From: Chiloscyllium plagiosum
Taxonomy: Eukaryota
Assembly: GCF_004010195.1 (NCBI RefSeq)
Contig: NC_057749.1
Coordinates: forward strand, 5,510,584-5,543,626
DNA: 33,043 nucleotides
Direction: 5' to 3'
Each line of letters opens with the position of its first letter. The stretch's first letter is position 1. The translations under genes and the position numbers were made by a program. Positions 1 through 10,757 of this stretch are shown piece by piece. Below the pieces are notes generated by a model. The model was not told the origin of the DNA and did not search any database. It saw nothing but the letters and a program-made list of their open reading frames with translations.

Positions 1-24
1 CCTGGGTCCCACCCCCCCACCTTA

Positions 25-558
25 CTAGTTTAAATCCTCCCAAGCAGCTCTAGCAAATCTCTCTGCCAGTATATTAGTCCCCTTCCAATTTAGGTGCAAT
101 CCGTCCTTCTTGTACAGGTCACTTCGACCCCAAAAGAGATTCCAATGATCCAAAAATGAGAATCCTTCACCCATACACCAGCTCCTCAGCCATGCATTCA
201 TCTGCTCTATCCTCCTATTCCTGCCCTCACTAGCTCGTAGCACTGAAAGTAATCCAGATATTACTACCCTTGAGGACCTCCTTTTTAAATTTCTGCCTGA
301 CTCTCTGTAATCTCCCTTCAGAATCTCAACCTTTTCCCTTCCTATATCGTTGGTTCCAATGTGGACAATGACCTCCTGCTGGCCCTTCTCTCCCGTGAGA
401 ACATTCTGCACCCTCTCTGAGACATCCTTGATCCTGGCACCAGGGAAACAACACACCATTCTGCTTTTTCTCTGCTGGCCACAGAAACGTCTGTCTGTAC
501 CTCGGACTACAGAATCCCCTAACACAATTGATCTCTTGGAAGCCGACGTACCCCTCAT
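25..558 (-). CDS. CR1-clade LINE ORF1, C-terminal SGNH/GDSL esterase domain (5'-truncated near 579; element continues off the left edge)
   Basis: Uninterrupted 177-aa ORF with SGNH blocks IVLGDS, CFPGA, HIGTND and DGLHLN, the architecture of CR1 ORF1 esterases; TAG TAA stops on the minus strand at 22-27. Confidence 0.9.
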   Translation of the reverse strand: MRGTSASKRSIVLGDSVVRGTDRRFCGQQRKSRMVCCFPGARIKDVSERVQNVLTGEKGQQEVIVHIGTNDIGREKVEILKGDYRESGRNLKRRSSRVVISGLLSVLRASEGRNRRIEQMNAWLRSWCMGEGFSFLDHWNLFWGRSDLYKKDGLHLNWKGTNILAERFARAAWEDLN

Positions 559-869
559 TGCATTAGAGCCAGTCTCAATATCAGATTCAATTCAATCAGA
601 ACTATAATGCCTTATCAGAGATCAGTGAGCAGTCATATCAAATGAAAACACTGGGACACAGTAGGATATAAAAACCCTCCACAGAGAGGGCCCTGAAATG
701 CTTCGAGATACGAAGCCTTCCCAGAAAAACCTCTAGGTGGACTTCTACGATATTGTACACTAAGCCACACAAACCTTGTTACACATTTGGATCTTGTGAC
801 TGTAGTAGCAACACATTTCCTTGCCCACAGCACCCTCGGCCCCAAGCAGGAATGAAATACGATATTTAA

Positions 870-1282
870 GATTAAGTTGTGAGGAGAGATTATACAGATT
901 AGGCTTGTTTTCTCAAGGATCAGGAAAAAGTAAGGAATGCAGACACCAGAGTCAGAGTCGGAAAGTGTGATGCTGGAAAAGCACAGCAGGTCAGGCAACA
1001 TCCGAGGAGCAAGAGAGTCGATGTTATGGGCATAATTCCTAATGACTCCTGATGAAGGGCTGATGCTCAAACCGTCAACTCTCCTATTCCTCGGATCCTG
1101 CCTGACCTGCTGTGCTTTTTCTAGCACTATGCCTTTCTTCTCTAGAATTTAGAATGTTAAGGGATGACCTGAGTTAAGTCTTCAAGGTATTAACAGGAAA
1201 AGACAGGGTAGATGAAGATGAACTGTTTCATTAGTTGGGGAATTTGGAACCAGGGAGCATAGATTAAGTATTAGGGCCAGGC
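870..1282 (+). mobile_element. Old CR1 ORF2 C-terminal fragment split by a PLE fold-back insert
   Basis: EERLYRLGLFS (~882-914) resumes as LEFRMLRDDL..VFKVLTGKDRVD (~1142-1213). Confidence 0.7.
915..1130. mobile_element. PLE-derived fold-back mini-element with degenerate hammerhead
   Basis: Inverted arms ~971-1023 and ~1073-1126; CTGATGAAGGGC at 1049-1060; same sequence family as the PLE end at 32640-32723. Confidence 0.8.
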
Positions 1283-1635
1283 TCTGTCATCACAAGGGGT
1301 GCTACCACATCCAACCCATTGTCAGCCACTAATAGTCCACATTGGCAGCTATCGATTCTCCCAGGCTGACCTTTACCTATTCCTTTGTCTGTCCAACCTG
1401 TTTTCTCTTTGTCTGAGCTCCATCTCCACATATCATTTCCTCCTACCCCCCCATCCCGCCTTCAGTATATATGCCAACACTTTCCTTGCTACAATCAGTT
1501 CTGAAAAATTGTCGCTGGACCTGAAACGTTAACTCTGCTTTCTTTCCACAGATACTGCCAGACCTGCTGAGTTTCTCCGGCAACCTCTGCTTTTCTTTCA
1601 GATTTGTGTGCATCCACAGTTCATTGGCTTTTTAA
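1283..1635 (+). mobile_element. PLE 3' terminal repeat fragment with mutated hammerhead (1497-1534)
   Basis: Pyrimidine-rich tract then AGTT-CTGAAAA...GAAACGTT-AACT (perfect stem I; core G8>A), followed by the ...tgccagacctgctgagtttctcc tail shared with 7732-7862 and 20400-20547. Confidence 0.7.
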
Positions 1636-2529
1636 AAGATTTCTCCTCATCTCTGTTTTAAATCTGGTTAGCAGCATAATAGTGGAACTGGTTCAATGGA
1701 CCAAGTGGCCCATTCCTGCTCTTACTTTCTACCTTCTGATGCATTACATGCAATTGTGTTATTGCAATCTAGTCAAAGAACCAGCACATGTATGATGCAC
1801 CAAATGGCCTCCTTATGTATTTTAACACATTACAATTCTGACTGAGATTGATATTCAGGTCCGAGGATTTATTGAAGTGAGAAAAATGCTGGATTCTAAT
1901 GGATATAAAGTGGCATATCACACAAATAATTCAAGCTGCTGTACTTTCATTCCAAACATCATTTATTATCGTTTATTATTTGCCAGATGGATATTAAATA
2001 TTTAATGTGCATAACTGTGCATGGACCACGAAACTTACTTGCCTTCCGATGAACTGCTGAATTAAAGTTTCAGGATTCAAAGGAGCTGCTTGTTTGGGTA
2101 ACGGTTTTAGTCTGACTCAGTTCTGTATTCCTATCTGTGCTGTCGCAGTCTGAAAAAGGCATAAACTGTAAAATAATGCTGTCCTGCTGCAAGATTGTTT
2201 GTGAGATCTTTTCCATGCCAGCTTAGCTTCTTCTATTTGATTGTAAGGACACTTTTGAGTCAGATGCAGAATGACCACAGTATGTTCTGCTTAAAGTTTT
2301 TTCCACTGATGGCTTGGTAACAGTTAAGTCAATTGTCAGCCATGGATCCAAGCCATGGTCGTTGTGTCTCTTTGTCGTATAATGCTGTAATCTGCTCGCT
2401 TAATCACGCCAGGCAGAATATTTATTCAAAGTTCTATTAAAGACAAAAGCTTTTTCCTTTGGTCAGTTGAGGTATGTAAGATTTTAAAAGGAATGGGCAC
2501 AGAATTGTGTTACTTTAAGAAGTGATTGA

Positions 2530-3141
2530 ACATAGAAATATTTTTTAAAAAGGAGCACTCTGATTGTGGCTGATCATCCAACTCAATAGTCTGTTCCTGC
2601 TGTTCGACAATACCTTTTGATCCCTTTCACCCCCAAGTGCTATATTCTACTCTTTCTTGAAATCATATGATGTTTCACTCTTGACCTCTTGCTATGGTAG
2701 CGAAATCCACAGACTTACCACTCTCTGGGTGAAGAAATGTCACCTCATCTCAGTCCTGAATGGTTTGCCCATCTCCTTCGACTGTAATCCTAGTTCTGGG
2801 CTCCTTGGTCATTGGGAACATCCTTCCCAAATCAATCCTATTGAGCCCTGTTAAAAGTTTGTAGGTTTCTAGGAGATCTCCCTTCATTCTTCTCAACTCA
2901 GTGAATATAAACCTGCCCTCATGCATCAGTCCTGCCACTGCAGCGATCAGTTTAAGCCTTCGCTGCACTCCCTCTACAGCAAGAACATCCTTCTCCAGAT
3001 AAGAAGACCAAAACTGCACGCAATATTCCTGGTGTGGTCTCGCCAATGCCCTGTATGATGGCAGTAAGCCATCCCTGCTCCTGTACTTGAATCCTCTTGC
3101 CATGAAGGGCAACATGCTATTTGTCTTTTTGACTGCCAATG
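2530..3141 (-). mobile_element. CR1 LINE 3' fragment
   Basis: ORF 2750-3139 encodes YRALARPHQEYCVQFWS...ELRRMKGDLLETYK (CR1 RT C-terminus), followed by a CR1-type 3' UTR. Confidence 0.9.
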
Positions 3142-3835
3142 TTCATAGGTTCCTTGAAATTGGATTCGCACGTAGACAGGGTAGTGAAGAAGGCATTTGG
3201 TATGCTTGCCTTTAATGGTCAGTGCATTGAATGTAGAAGTTGGGAGGTCATGTTGCGGCTGGACAGGACATTAGTTAGGCCACTTTTGGAATACTGTGTT
3301 CAATTCTAGCCTCCCTGCTTTCAGAAGGATGTTTTTAAACTTGAAAGGGTTCAGAAAAAAATTTACAAAGATATTGCTGGGTTTGGGGGGGTTTGAACTA
3401 TAGGGAGAGGCCAAATAGGCTGAGGTACTTCCCCTGGAGCATCAGAGGCTGAGGCGTGACATGAAAGAGGTTCATAAAATCATGAGGGGCATGGATAGGG
3501 TGAATAGTCGAGATCTTTTCCACAGGGAAGGGGAGAGTCCAAAATTAGTGAGTATAGTTTTAAGGTGAGAGGGGAAACATTTACAAAGGACCTAAGGGGC
3601 AACATTTTCATGCAGTGGGTGGTGTCTGTAAGGAATGAGCTGCCAGAGGAAGTGGTGAAGACTGGTACAATTGCAACATTTAAAAGGCATCAGGATGGGT
3701 ATATGAATAAGAAGGGCTTGGATGGATATGGGCCAAATGCCGGCAAATGGGACTAGATTAATTTAGGATATCTGCTGGTTATGGACGAGTTAGACTGAAG
3801 AGTCTGTTTCTGTGCCATACAGCTCTATGACTCTA
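3141..3835 (+). mobile_element. CR1 LINE 3' fragment (HER1-like subfamily)
   Basis: RPLLEYCVQF motif, ORF 3565-3756 (NELPEEVV..GTIATFKRH), tail ctctatgactctac. Confidence 0.9.
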
Positions 3836-4509
3836 CGTCACAAGTGCATTCTTACCTTCAGAGAATGGCGTACAAAGACTCTCAGGTTTCGTTGCATATT
3901 CCTGTCTTTCAATTTACCGCAAATCAGATAACAATCTTCGTGTTGTTGCTGCCTTAGTGGAGACATTTATCCACATTATAGTGCATCTTCCATTGGAATG
4001 GGAATAATTCTACTTACTGTGCATCATCAACTCAAACACTGGGATAACAACTAATGTAATAACTAATGTAGCTGTAATTTGGTCAAATTCTGCAGAGTAA
4101 ATGAGCCACAGCAAACTGAGTTCCAATGGAGTGTGTTAATTAAATATTAGGTTTAAATTGTTTGCTGAATCTTACCTTTTGAAATGTCACCAATATTAAG
4201 ATCTCAAGAGATGGATTTAATTGGTTCTTTTCAAATTGTCCATGTTAGAGTGAGTCTGCTTTAAAATTGCAAAACTCTGCAGAGACAAACATTGAAAAAA
4301 ACGAATGATTTATATTTCAGTTGGCTGAACTGAAATGAAAATCTGGTGAATGAACTGCAAATGAAAAACTCATTCAAAGTATTTTTCATTCATACTTTTT
4401 GTGTTCACTCCAGGTTATTTTAGCACTTCCCAAGATCTACCCTTTACGATGCCTCATATTTCCTAACAGAGTCAAAATCTGACTGAGGTCAGGCATAGAC
4501 ATAATGAAG

Positions 4510-4659
4510 TAGAGAGTGTGGTGCTAGAAAAGCACAACAAATCAGGCAGCATCCGGGGAGCCAGAGAATCGACGTTTCAGGCAAAAGCCCTTCATCTCCT
4601 GCTTTTCCAACACCACACTCTTGACTCTGATCTCCAGCATCTGCAGTCCTCACTTTCTC
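4510..4659. mobile_element. PLE-derived fold-back mini-element
   Basis: gtgtggtgctagaaaagca ... tgcttttccaacaccacac inverted arms; minus-strand GATGAAGGGCTTTTGCCTGAAACGTC; degenerate TSD 4494-4509/4660-4675 (13 of 16 match). Confidence 0.8.
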
Positions 4660-4702
4660 CATTGACTTAAGGAAGCCCATTCTTCAATGAGGGCCATTGT
4701 GA

Positions 4703-5046
4703 ATCATAGAATCCCTACAGTCTGGAAGAAGGCCATTTGGCCCATCAAATCCACATCACCCCTCCAAAGAGCATCCCACCCAGACCCACCCCACTACCTT
4801 ATCCCTGCAACCCCACATTTACCATGGCTAATCCACATACTCTAAACAAGTTGGATGCTATGGGTAATTTCCCATGGCCAATCCATTCAATCTGCACATC
4901 TTTGGACTGTTGGAGTAAACCGGAGCATCCAGAGTAAACCCATGCAGGCACGGGGAGAATGTTCAAACTCCACACAGACAGTCGACCAAAGTTGGAATCA
5001 AACCCGGGTCCCTGTGAGGCAAAAGTATTAACCACTGAACCACTGC
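4703..5046 (-). mobile_element. HE1-type tRNA-derived V-SINE
   Basis: tRNA-like head with A/B boxes, central gtggagtttg...ttctccccgtg domain, CR1-like tail ...ctgtagggattctatgat. Confidence 0.85.
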
Positions 5047-5119
5047 AGGCAAAAATTCAATCCAAGTTTTCCAAGTGTCTCTAGCCTGCTTCTCCTGTGT
5101 CTGTTTGTGCATTTCCACA

Positions 5120-5221
5120 AAGTCATACATTGAGTACAGGAATTGGGAGGTCATGTTGCAGCTGTGCAGGATATTGATTAGGCCACTTTTGGAATACCGC
5201 ATTCAATTCTGGTCTCCCTGC
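5120..5221 (+). mobile_element. Short internal CR1 RT fragment
   Basis: YIEYRNWEVMLQLCRILIRPLLEYRIQFWSPC. Confidence 0.8.
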
Positions 5222-5276
5222 ATTGGTTTGATTGGTAGACCATTTACTTTGGTAGGAGATGAGTGCATGAATGTAT

Positions 5277-5587
5277 TTAGATTAGATTCCCTACAGTGTG
5301 GAAACAGGCCTTTCGGCCCAACCAGTCCACACCGACCCTCCCAAGAGTAACCCACCCAAACCCACTTCCCTCTGACTAATGCACCTAACACTATGGGCAA
5401 TTTAGCATGGCCAATTCACCTGACCTGCACATCTATGGACTGTGGGAGGAAACCGGAGCACCCGGAGGAAACCCACGCAGACACGGGGAGAATGTGCAAA
5501 CTCCACACAGATAGCCGCCCGAGGCTGGAATCAAACCTGGGACCCTGGTGCTGTGAGGCAGCAGTGCTAACCACTGAGCCACTGTGC
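5277..5587 (-). mobile_element. HE1-type V-SINE, near full length
   Basis: Minus strand reads gcacagtggctcagtggttagcactgctgcctcacagc ... ccacactgtagggaatctaatcta. Confidence 0.9.
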
Positions 5588-5593
5588 AGCCCC

Positions 5594-5890
5594 CCTCACA
5601 CTACTAGGGACCTGGGTTCGATTCCAGCCTTGGGCCATTGTGTATGTGGAGTTTGCATATTCTCTCCATATCTGAATGGGTTTCTTTCAACAGTTCAAAG
5701 ATGTGCAGCTTAGGTGAACTTGTCGTACTAAATTGCCCATAGTGCTCATGGTTGTGTAGGTTAGGTGCATTAGTCAGGGGTAAATGTTGGAGTGATAGGG
5801 TTGGGGAATGGGTCTGGGTGGGTTGCCTCTCGGAGGGTTGGTGTGGACTTGTTTGGCCATTTGGCCTGTTTCTGCATTGTAGAGATTCTT
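5594..5890 (+). mobile_element. HE1-type V-SINE lacking the A-box end
   Basis: B box gggttcgattcc at 5614-5625, central domain and tail. Confidence 0.85.
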
Positions 5891-6149
5891 CTTCTATTTA
5901 GGCTGAGTGTAAGCCTGTGTGCACAGATTAGAGAGAATATTGGCAGTATCCAAGTCAATGTTTATCCCTCAACCAACATCACTATAAAAACTTTAGACAA
6001 AATTGTATATAAATTAGTTAAGTATCACTTTTCACAGAGCCTTTCCCTCCATTAAAAAAAAATGGGAATCGGAATCAAAAACCACAATTTTATGCCTTAG
6101 GGGTGGAAGTGCACCCAACTCATCACATACCAAAAGATTCAAACACAGT

Positions 6150-6358
6150 TTCTTCCTTGCTGTTATTAGCATTCTCAAATTTTAAATGTTGATCTCGCTC
6201 TCTGTGCACCTTCTCTGCAGCCATTACATTGCATTCCTCGCTCTGTTCTATTACCCTAACACACTTTGACTGATATAGTCTGCCTGTACTTCTGCAAAAC
6301 AGAAACTTTTCACTGTACCAAGGTACATGTGACAATAATAAATCAAATCAAACCAAAA
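6150..6358 (+). mobile_element. L2-type LINE 3' end
   Basis: actttttcactgtaccaaggtacatgtgacaataataa followed by an (atcaa)n-like tail. Confidence 0.6.
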
Positions 6359-7483
6359 CCATTTAATAGGTGCCATAGGAAACTGGGAGGTGGAGAGTGA
6401 CTTTTGCCATGGTTGGGCTTGCAAGTGGCAACAAGTGGCTATGTTCAACAGGTCAAATGGGACAATCAGTTATGTCACTGTGCACCCAGATCCTTGTCTT
6501 TTATTGAACAACCTTGTCTGGGCTCCTACAACAAGAATCAAGGAAAAAGAAGCCAAAGCAAATCATTACCAATTTAGCCTGTAAATGTGAAGAAATTAAT
6601 TTTCATTGCAATGTTCAGATGCAATAGTTCAACTTTGAGCTCATTTGTATCATCTCACAATGTGCGTGAGGTCTATGCATATAGCAATCTGGCTTCTTCT
6701 TACACAGAAAGGCTTAGATATTTGATTCCAACCCACCAGTGTTTATTGTTATCATCTTATCTTCCAGCTCCCAGAGACCAATGCTAGATCTGCAATAACA
6801 TAAGTAAATAGTGCGTTTAATTACTAATGGATCTTTGACTCGGCAAATCATTTAAAAACTGAATCGCTTTCAGGTATTTAAATTGTATCATTGCTTGGCT
6901 CCATCACATAACATTTCCCGGAGAGCTCTTTGGTAAAAGTATATAATCAGATTCCTTGGTGCAAAATTGAATCTTCAAGCTTTGCTACCTTCTCTGTCAT
7001 ACTGAAACTAATGGAGCAGCCAGTGTGTGAGGACCATTGGTGAATTTCTTCATGACGTATGAGGTTATTGCTTTAACAACTTCTTTTTGACCTCAGGAAA
7101 GATTTTAGTTTATTGAAGTAGTCCATTTTTACTGAAATGAATAACTGCTTTCTGACGTGACCATTTGATCTGAACGAGGATGCTGTCCAATTGATTTCCA
7201 TCCTGCCCTCTAGCATCTGCTGGTCTCCTTTATTTTATTTGCCAACCTTCCCTTATCAGGATGCCTTAGTGGTAGTTCTCTCACTGCTGCAGAGTTGAAG
7301 GTCTCATTCCAGTTTCCAGCCCCTAGTATAGGCTGGCACTTTGTTGTTACATACAGGAAGCGCCACATTATTGGAAGTGCTGCTTTTTGGATGAGACGTG
7401 ACACTGAGGCCTTGGCTGCTTATTTGGGTGAATGCAGCAGGTCCTGCACAATCTTTCCCATGGAAAGAATGCAAGGCAACATT

Positions 7484-7641
7484 GATAGAATCATAGAATC
7501 CCTACAGTGTGGAAACAGGCTATTTGGCCCAACAAGTCCATACCGACCCTTCAAAGAGTAACCCACCCAGATCCACTCCCCTACCCTATTACTCTACATT
7601 TACCCCGACTAATGCACCTAACCTATGGGGCAATTTAGCAT
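7484..7641 (-). mobile_element. HE1-type SINE 3' fragment
   Basis: atagaatcatagaatccctacagtgtggaaacaggc...gcaatttagca. Confidence 0.85.
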
Positions 7642-7731
7642 TTACCCCTCATCCCCTGCCCCCACCATCTCCCCATCATCCACCCCTCCATCAACACCAC
7701 CAGCAAAATGGATCAATAGGCCTCTTATTTA

Positions 7732-7862
7732 GGTGCTGAGGAAGGGTCACTGAAATGTTAACTCTGATTTATCTTCACAGATGCTGCCAGACCTGCCGAG
7801 CTTTTCCAGCAACTTCTGTTTCTGTTTCTGATTGACAGCGTCCATAGTTCTTTCGGCTTCCA
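7732..7862 (+). mobile_element. Single-arm PLE hammerhead mini-element
   Basis: CTGAGGAAGGGTC at 7736 onward, GAAATGTTAACT; TSD CTTATTTA at 7724-7731 and 7863-7870. Confidence 0.8.
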
Positions 7863-7905
7863 CTTATTTAACTGCTTGTTGTGGGATTTTGCCGAGCACA
7901 AATTA

Positions 7906-8245
7906 AGGGGAGGTGATGGCCTAACACTGGACTGTTAATCTAGAGATCCAGGTAATGTCCTGGAGACCCCGGTTCAAATCCTGTTAAGGCAGATGGTAGA
8001 ATTTAAATTCAATACACACCTGGAATTAAGAATCTAATGATGACCAGGAATCCAATGCTGACTGTTAGAAAAACCCATCTGGTTCACTAATATCCTTTAG
8101 GGAAGGAAAGTACCATCCTTACCTGGTCCGGCCTACATGTGACTCCAGATCCACAGCAATGTGGTTGACTCTTAACAACCCTCTTGGCAATTAGGGATGG
8201 GCAACAAATGCTGGCCTTCATCCTGTGAATGAATGAATAAAAAAC
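7906..8245 (+). mobile_element. Second tRNA-headed SINE family (here called SINE-B), full length
   Basis: B box ggttcaaatcc at 7971; body aaaacccatctggttcactaa...ccttacctggtc; tail gcaattagggatgggcaacaaatgctggcc...gaatgaataaaa; four further copies in the window. Confidence 0.8.
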
Positions 8246-8457
8246 AGGGCTGTTGATTTTGCCAAAACGTTGCATCAGTAACTACAATTCAGAAGTGATA
8301 CATTTACAGGGGAAATACCCGAGGATGTAAAAGGTGTGATATAAACGCTAGTACTTTTAATAGAGATGACGCTGATTAGAAATGTCTAAATTAGATGTTT
8401 ATATCCACCTGAAAGGAAACACAAATGGTACATGATATCTTGCCAGGAAAAGAGGCA

Positions 8458-8667
8458 CATCCAATAACGTGCAGGCAGGTTAAATGGTTTGGCCTTTAAA
8501 CTTGCATTGTGGTGCCTGGGTGATGTGCAGGCTAGGTGAGTTAGCCATTGTAAATGTGTGGCTATATGGATAGGGTGGGAGCTGGTCTGAGTGGAATGCA
8601 CTTAGAGGGTCAGTGTGGGACTCCGTAGGCTGTGAATGGCCTCTTGCTGAACTCCAGCGATTCTATC
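8458..8667 (+). mobile_element. Diverged HE1-type SINE 3' half
   Basis: gatgtgcaggctaggtgagttagccat...gagggtcagtgtgg...gattctat. Confidence 0.65.
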
Positions 8668-8739
8668 AATCTGCTCCATGGCAATATTACAGCCTGGGAT
8701 AACTTGCTTTTTCTTGAATTTAAACAAAATTGTTGAGGG

Positions 8740-8920
8740 GAGTGGGATAACTGTTCCCTGATACAATCTCCATGGCAATGCCTCAACCAATCAGATTCCA
8801 CATGCCAACCTTTTCTCATACAGCGTAAGTTGTTGTTCCCATTGAAGAGTGGCATTCTTGCATCTGTCCTGATGAATGCAAAATGGAAAGCTTCAACAAC
8901 ATGCCTCTTTTTCCAACAAT
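8740..8920 (+). mobile_element. Probable PLE terminal-repeat remnant of a distinct family with hammerhead-like motif (8865-8898)
   Basis: ccaatcag box, then TGTC-CTGATGA-atgcaaaatg-GAAAGCTTC-AACA. Confidence 0.5.
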
Positions 8921-9630
8921 AATTATGTTCAGTAAGTTATATCTTTTCTCTCATTCACAACTGAAGTTATTTAACAATCAAGCCTCTGTTGAGTGAGCCT
9001 TCAGTTTCATGGTATTTCTTTGGAACTTAAAGAGACCAGTTGTTTAGTCCTGACAAGGGTAGACCAGAGGTTTGGCTCTGAAATCTGCATCAGTATTCAA
9101 GAGAATATTTGCCCAAATGAAGATGGGAACCACCCCCTGTTCTCTCACCATTGTCTGAGCTTTAAGAGTCCATTAATCCCTTCAGCCATATGTGCCTGAC
9201 TGCCTATATAAAATCTGTCATATCCGTAGGAATGGGTTCCCGTCATGGCCTGTCAAACTGTTATTCGGTCTCCAAATGTTTCTCCTAGGAATGAGTGTGG
9301 AAACACCAAACAACCTTTGTGCCACTGGAAATTCATCAAACCTGCTTCCAGACCAGCAATAATACAAGGGATCACCTTCTGTGATCTTCCACTGTGAGGG
9401 AGGCATGTTATAGTTCACTCAGGGAGTCCACTTTTTTGCGGTACCATGTGATTTTACAGGTGCACTATAATCTGGAGCAATCGATAGTGATGATAGAGAC
9501 TTTACTTCTCTTTCCATCGCCCAGCTGACCATAGGAATGCCTCCCCTGACACTGGCAAATGTTGAAAGGATGTACATGCCAAAGAACTAGTAGGCCACTC
9601 AGCCCCTTGAGCTCTCCTATTCAATAAGAT

Positions 9631-9925
9631 GCTCAGTGGTTAGCACTGCTGCCTCACAACGCAGGGACCTGGGTTTGATTCCAGCCTCAGGCGACTGTGT
9701 GGAGTTTGCACGTTCTCCCCGTGTCTGCGTGGGTTTCCTCCGGGTGCTCTGGTTTCCTCCCACAGTCCAAAGATGTGCAGGTTAGGTGAATTGGCCACGG
9801 TTAATTGCCCATAGTGTTAGGTGCATTAGTCAGAGGGAAGTGGGTTATGGGTGGGTTACTCTTCAGAGGGTTGGTATGGATTTGTTGAGCCAAAGGACCT
9901 GTTACCACACTGTAGAGAATCTAAT
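9631..9925 (+). mobile_element. HE1-type V-SINE
   Basis: gctcagtggttagcactgctgcctcac...ccacactgtagagaatctaat; short AAGAT duplication at the flanks. Confidence 0.9.
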
Positions 9926-10015
9926 AAAAAGATTATGGCTGATCTACTTGTAACCCCAAAGCAACATCCTCACCTCTCCCTGATATTCCTCTCCATTCTC
10001 TTGATTACCAAGAAA

Positions 10016-10350
10016 GGGCAGTACGGTGGCTCAGTGGTTAGCACTGCTACCTCACAGAACCAGGGACTTGGGTTCACTTCCACCCTCAGGCAACTGTCTG
10101 CGTGGAGCTTACACATTATGGCTGTGTCTGCATGGGTTTCCTCCGGGTGCTCCTGTTTCCTCCCACAATCCAAGATGTGCAGGTTAGATGGATTGGCCAT
10201 GCTAAGTTGTCTGTAGAGTCCAGGGTTGTGTAGGCTAGGTGGATTAGCCATGGGAAATTCTAGGATGGGGGCAGGGACACTCTTCGGAGTGTAGGTGTGG
10301 AATCAATGGGCTAAATGGCCTGCTTCCACACTGTGCGAATTCTATGATTG
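10016..10350 (+). mobile_element. HE1-type V-SINE, full length
   Basis: gggcagtacggtggctcagtggttagcactgc...ccacactgtgcgaattctatgatt. Confidence 0.9.
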
Positions 10351-10387
10351 TACAAAACCATCAACGTTTGCCTTAAAAATACTCAAC

Positions 10388-10757
10388 GACTTTATAGAGG
10401 TTAATAAGATCATGAAGGGCATTGATAGAGTAAATAGACAAGGTCTTTTTCCCAGGGTAGGGGAGTCCAAAACTAGAGGGCATAGGTTTAAGGTGAGGGG
10501 GAAAGATTTAAAAAGGACGAAAGGGGCAATTTTTTCACACAGAGGGTGGTGTGTGTATGGAATGAGCTGCCAGGGGAAGTGGTGGAGGCCGGTACGATGA
10601 CAACGTTTAAAAGGTATATGAATAGGAAGGGTTTAGAAGGATATGGGCCAAAAGCTGGCAAATGGGACTAGATTAATTTAGGATATCTGGTCAGCATGGA
10701 CGAGTTGGACCAAAGTATCTGCTTCCGCGCTGTACGTCTCCATGACTCTATGATTCT
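10388..10757 (+). mobile_element. CR1 3' fragment (HER1-like)
   Basis: DFIEVNKIMKGIDRVNRQGLFPRVGESKTRGHRFKVRG; tail ctccatgactctatgattct. Confidence 0.9.

Larger units (their letters stand above)
7258..8358 (+). mobile_element. Ancient Deu-domain SINE (SacSINE1/AmnSINE1-like) split by three insertions
   Basis: ggaagtgctgctttttggatgagacg...gaggcc; ccctccatcaacaccacc; tgttgtgggattttgccgagcacaaatt; ...aaaggtgtgatataaacgctag appear in the order recalled for the Deu-SINE consensus. Confidence 0.6.

Noticed and set aside
633..1127. 164-aa minus ORF
   Set aside because: It runs through a PLE palindrome and a CR1 fragment, with no host-protein features.
5393..5713. Recurrent DCGRKPEHPEETHAD ORFs (also 9970, 19173, 28862, 29080)
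   Set aside because: Antisense translations of the HE1 SINE, not a gene family.
9289..9393. Possible 105-nt coding exon (NECGNTKQPLCHW...)
   Set aside because: Weak donor, unrecognised peptide and no compatible neighbouring exons.
10016..10090. tRNA gene
   Set aside because: The A/B boxes are SINE heads continuous with the SINE body; the same applies to all copies.
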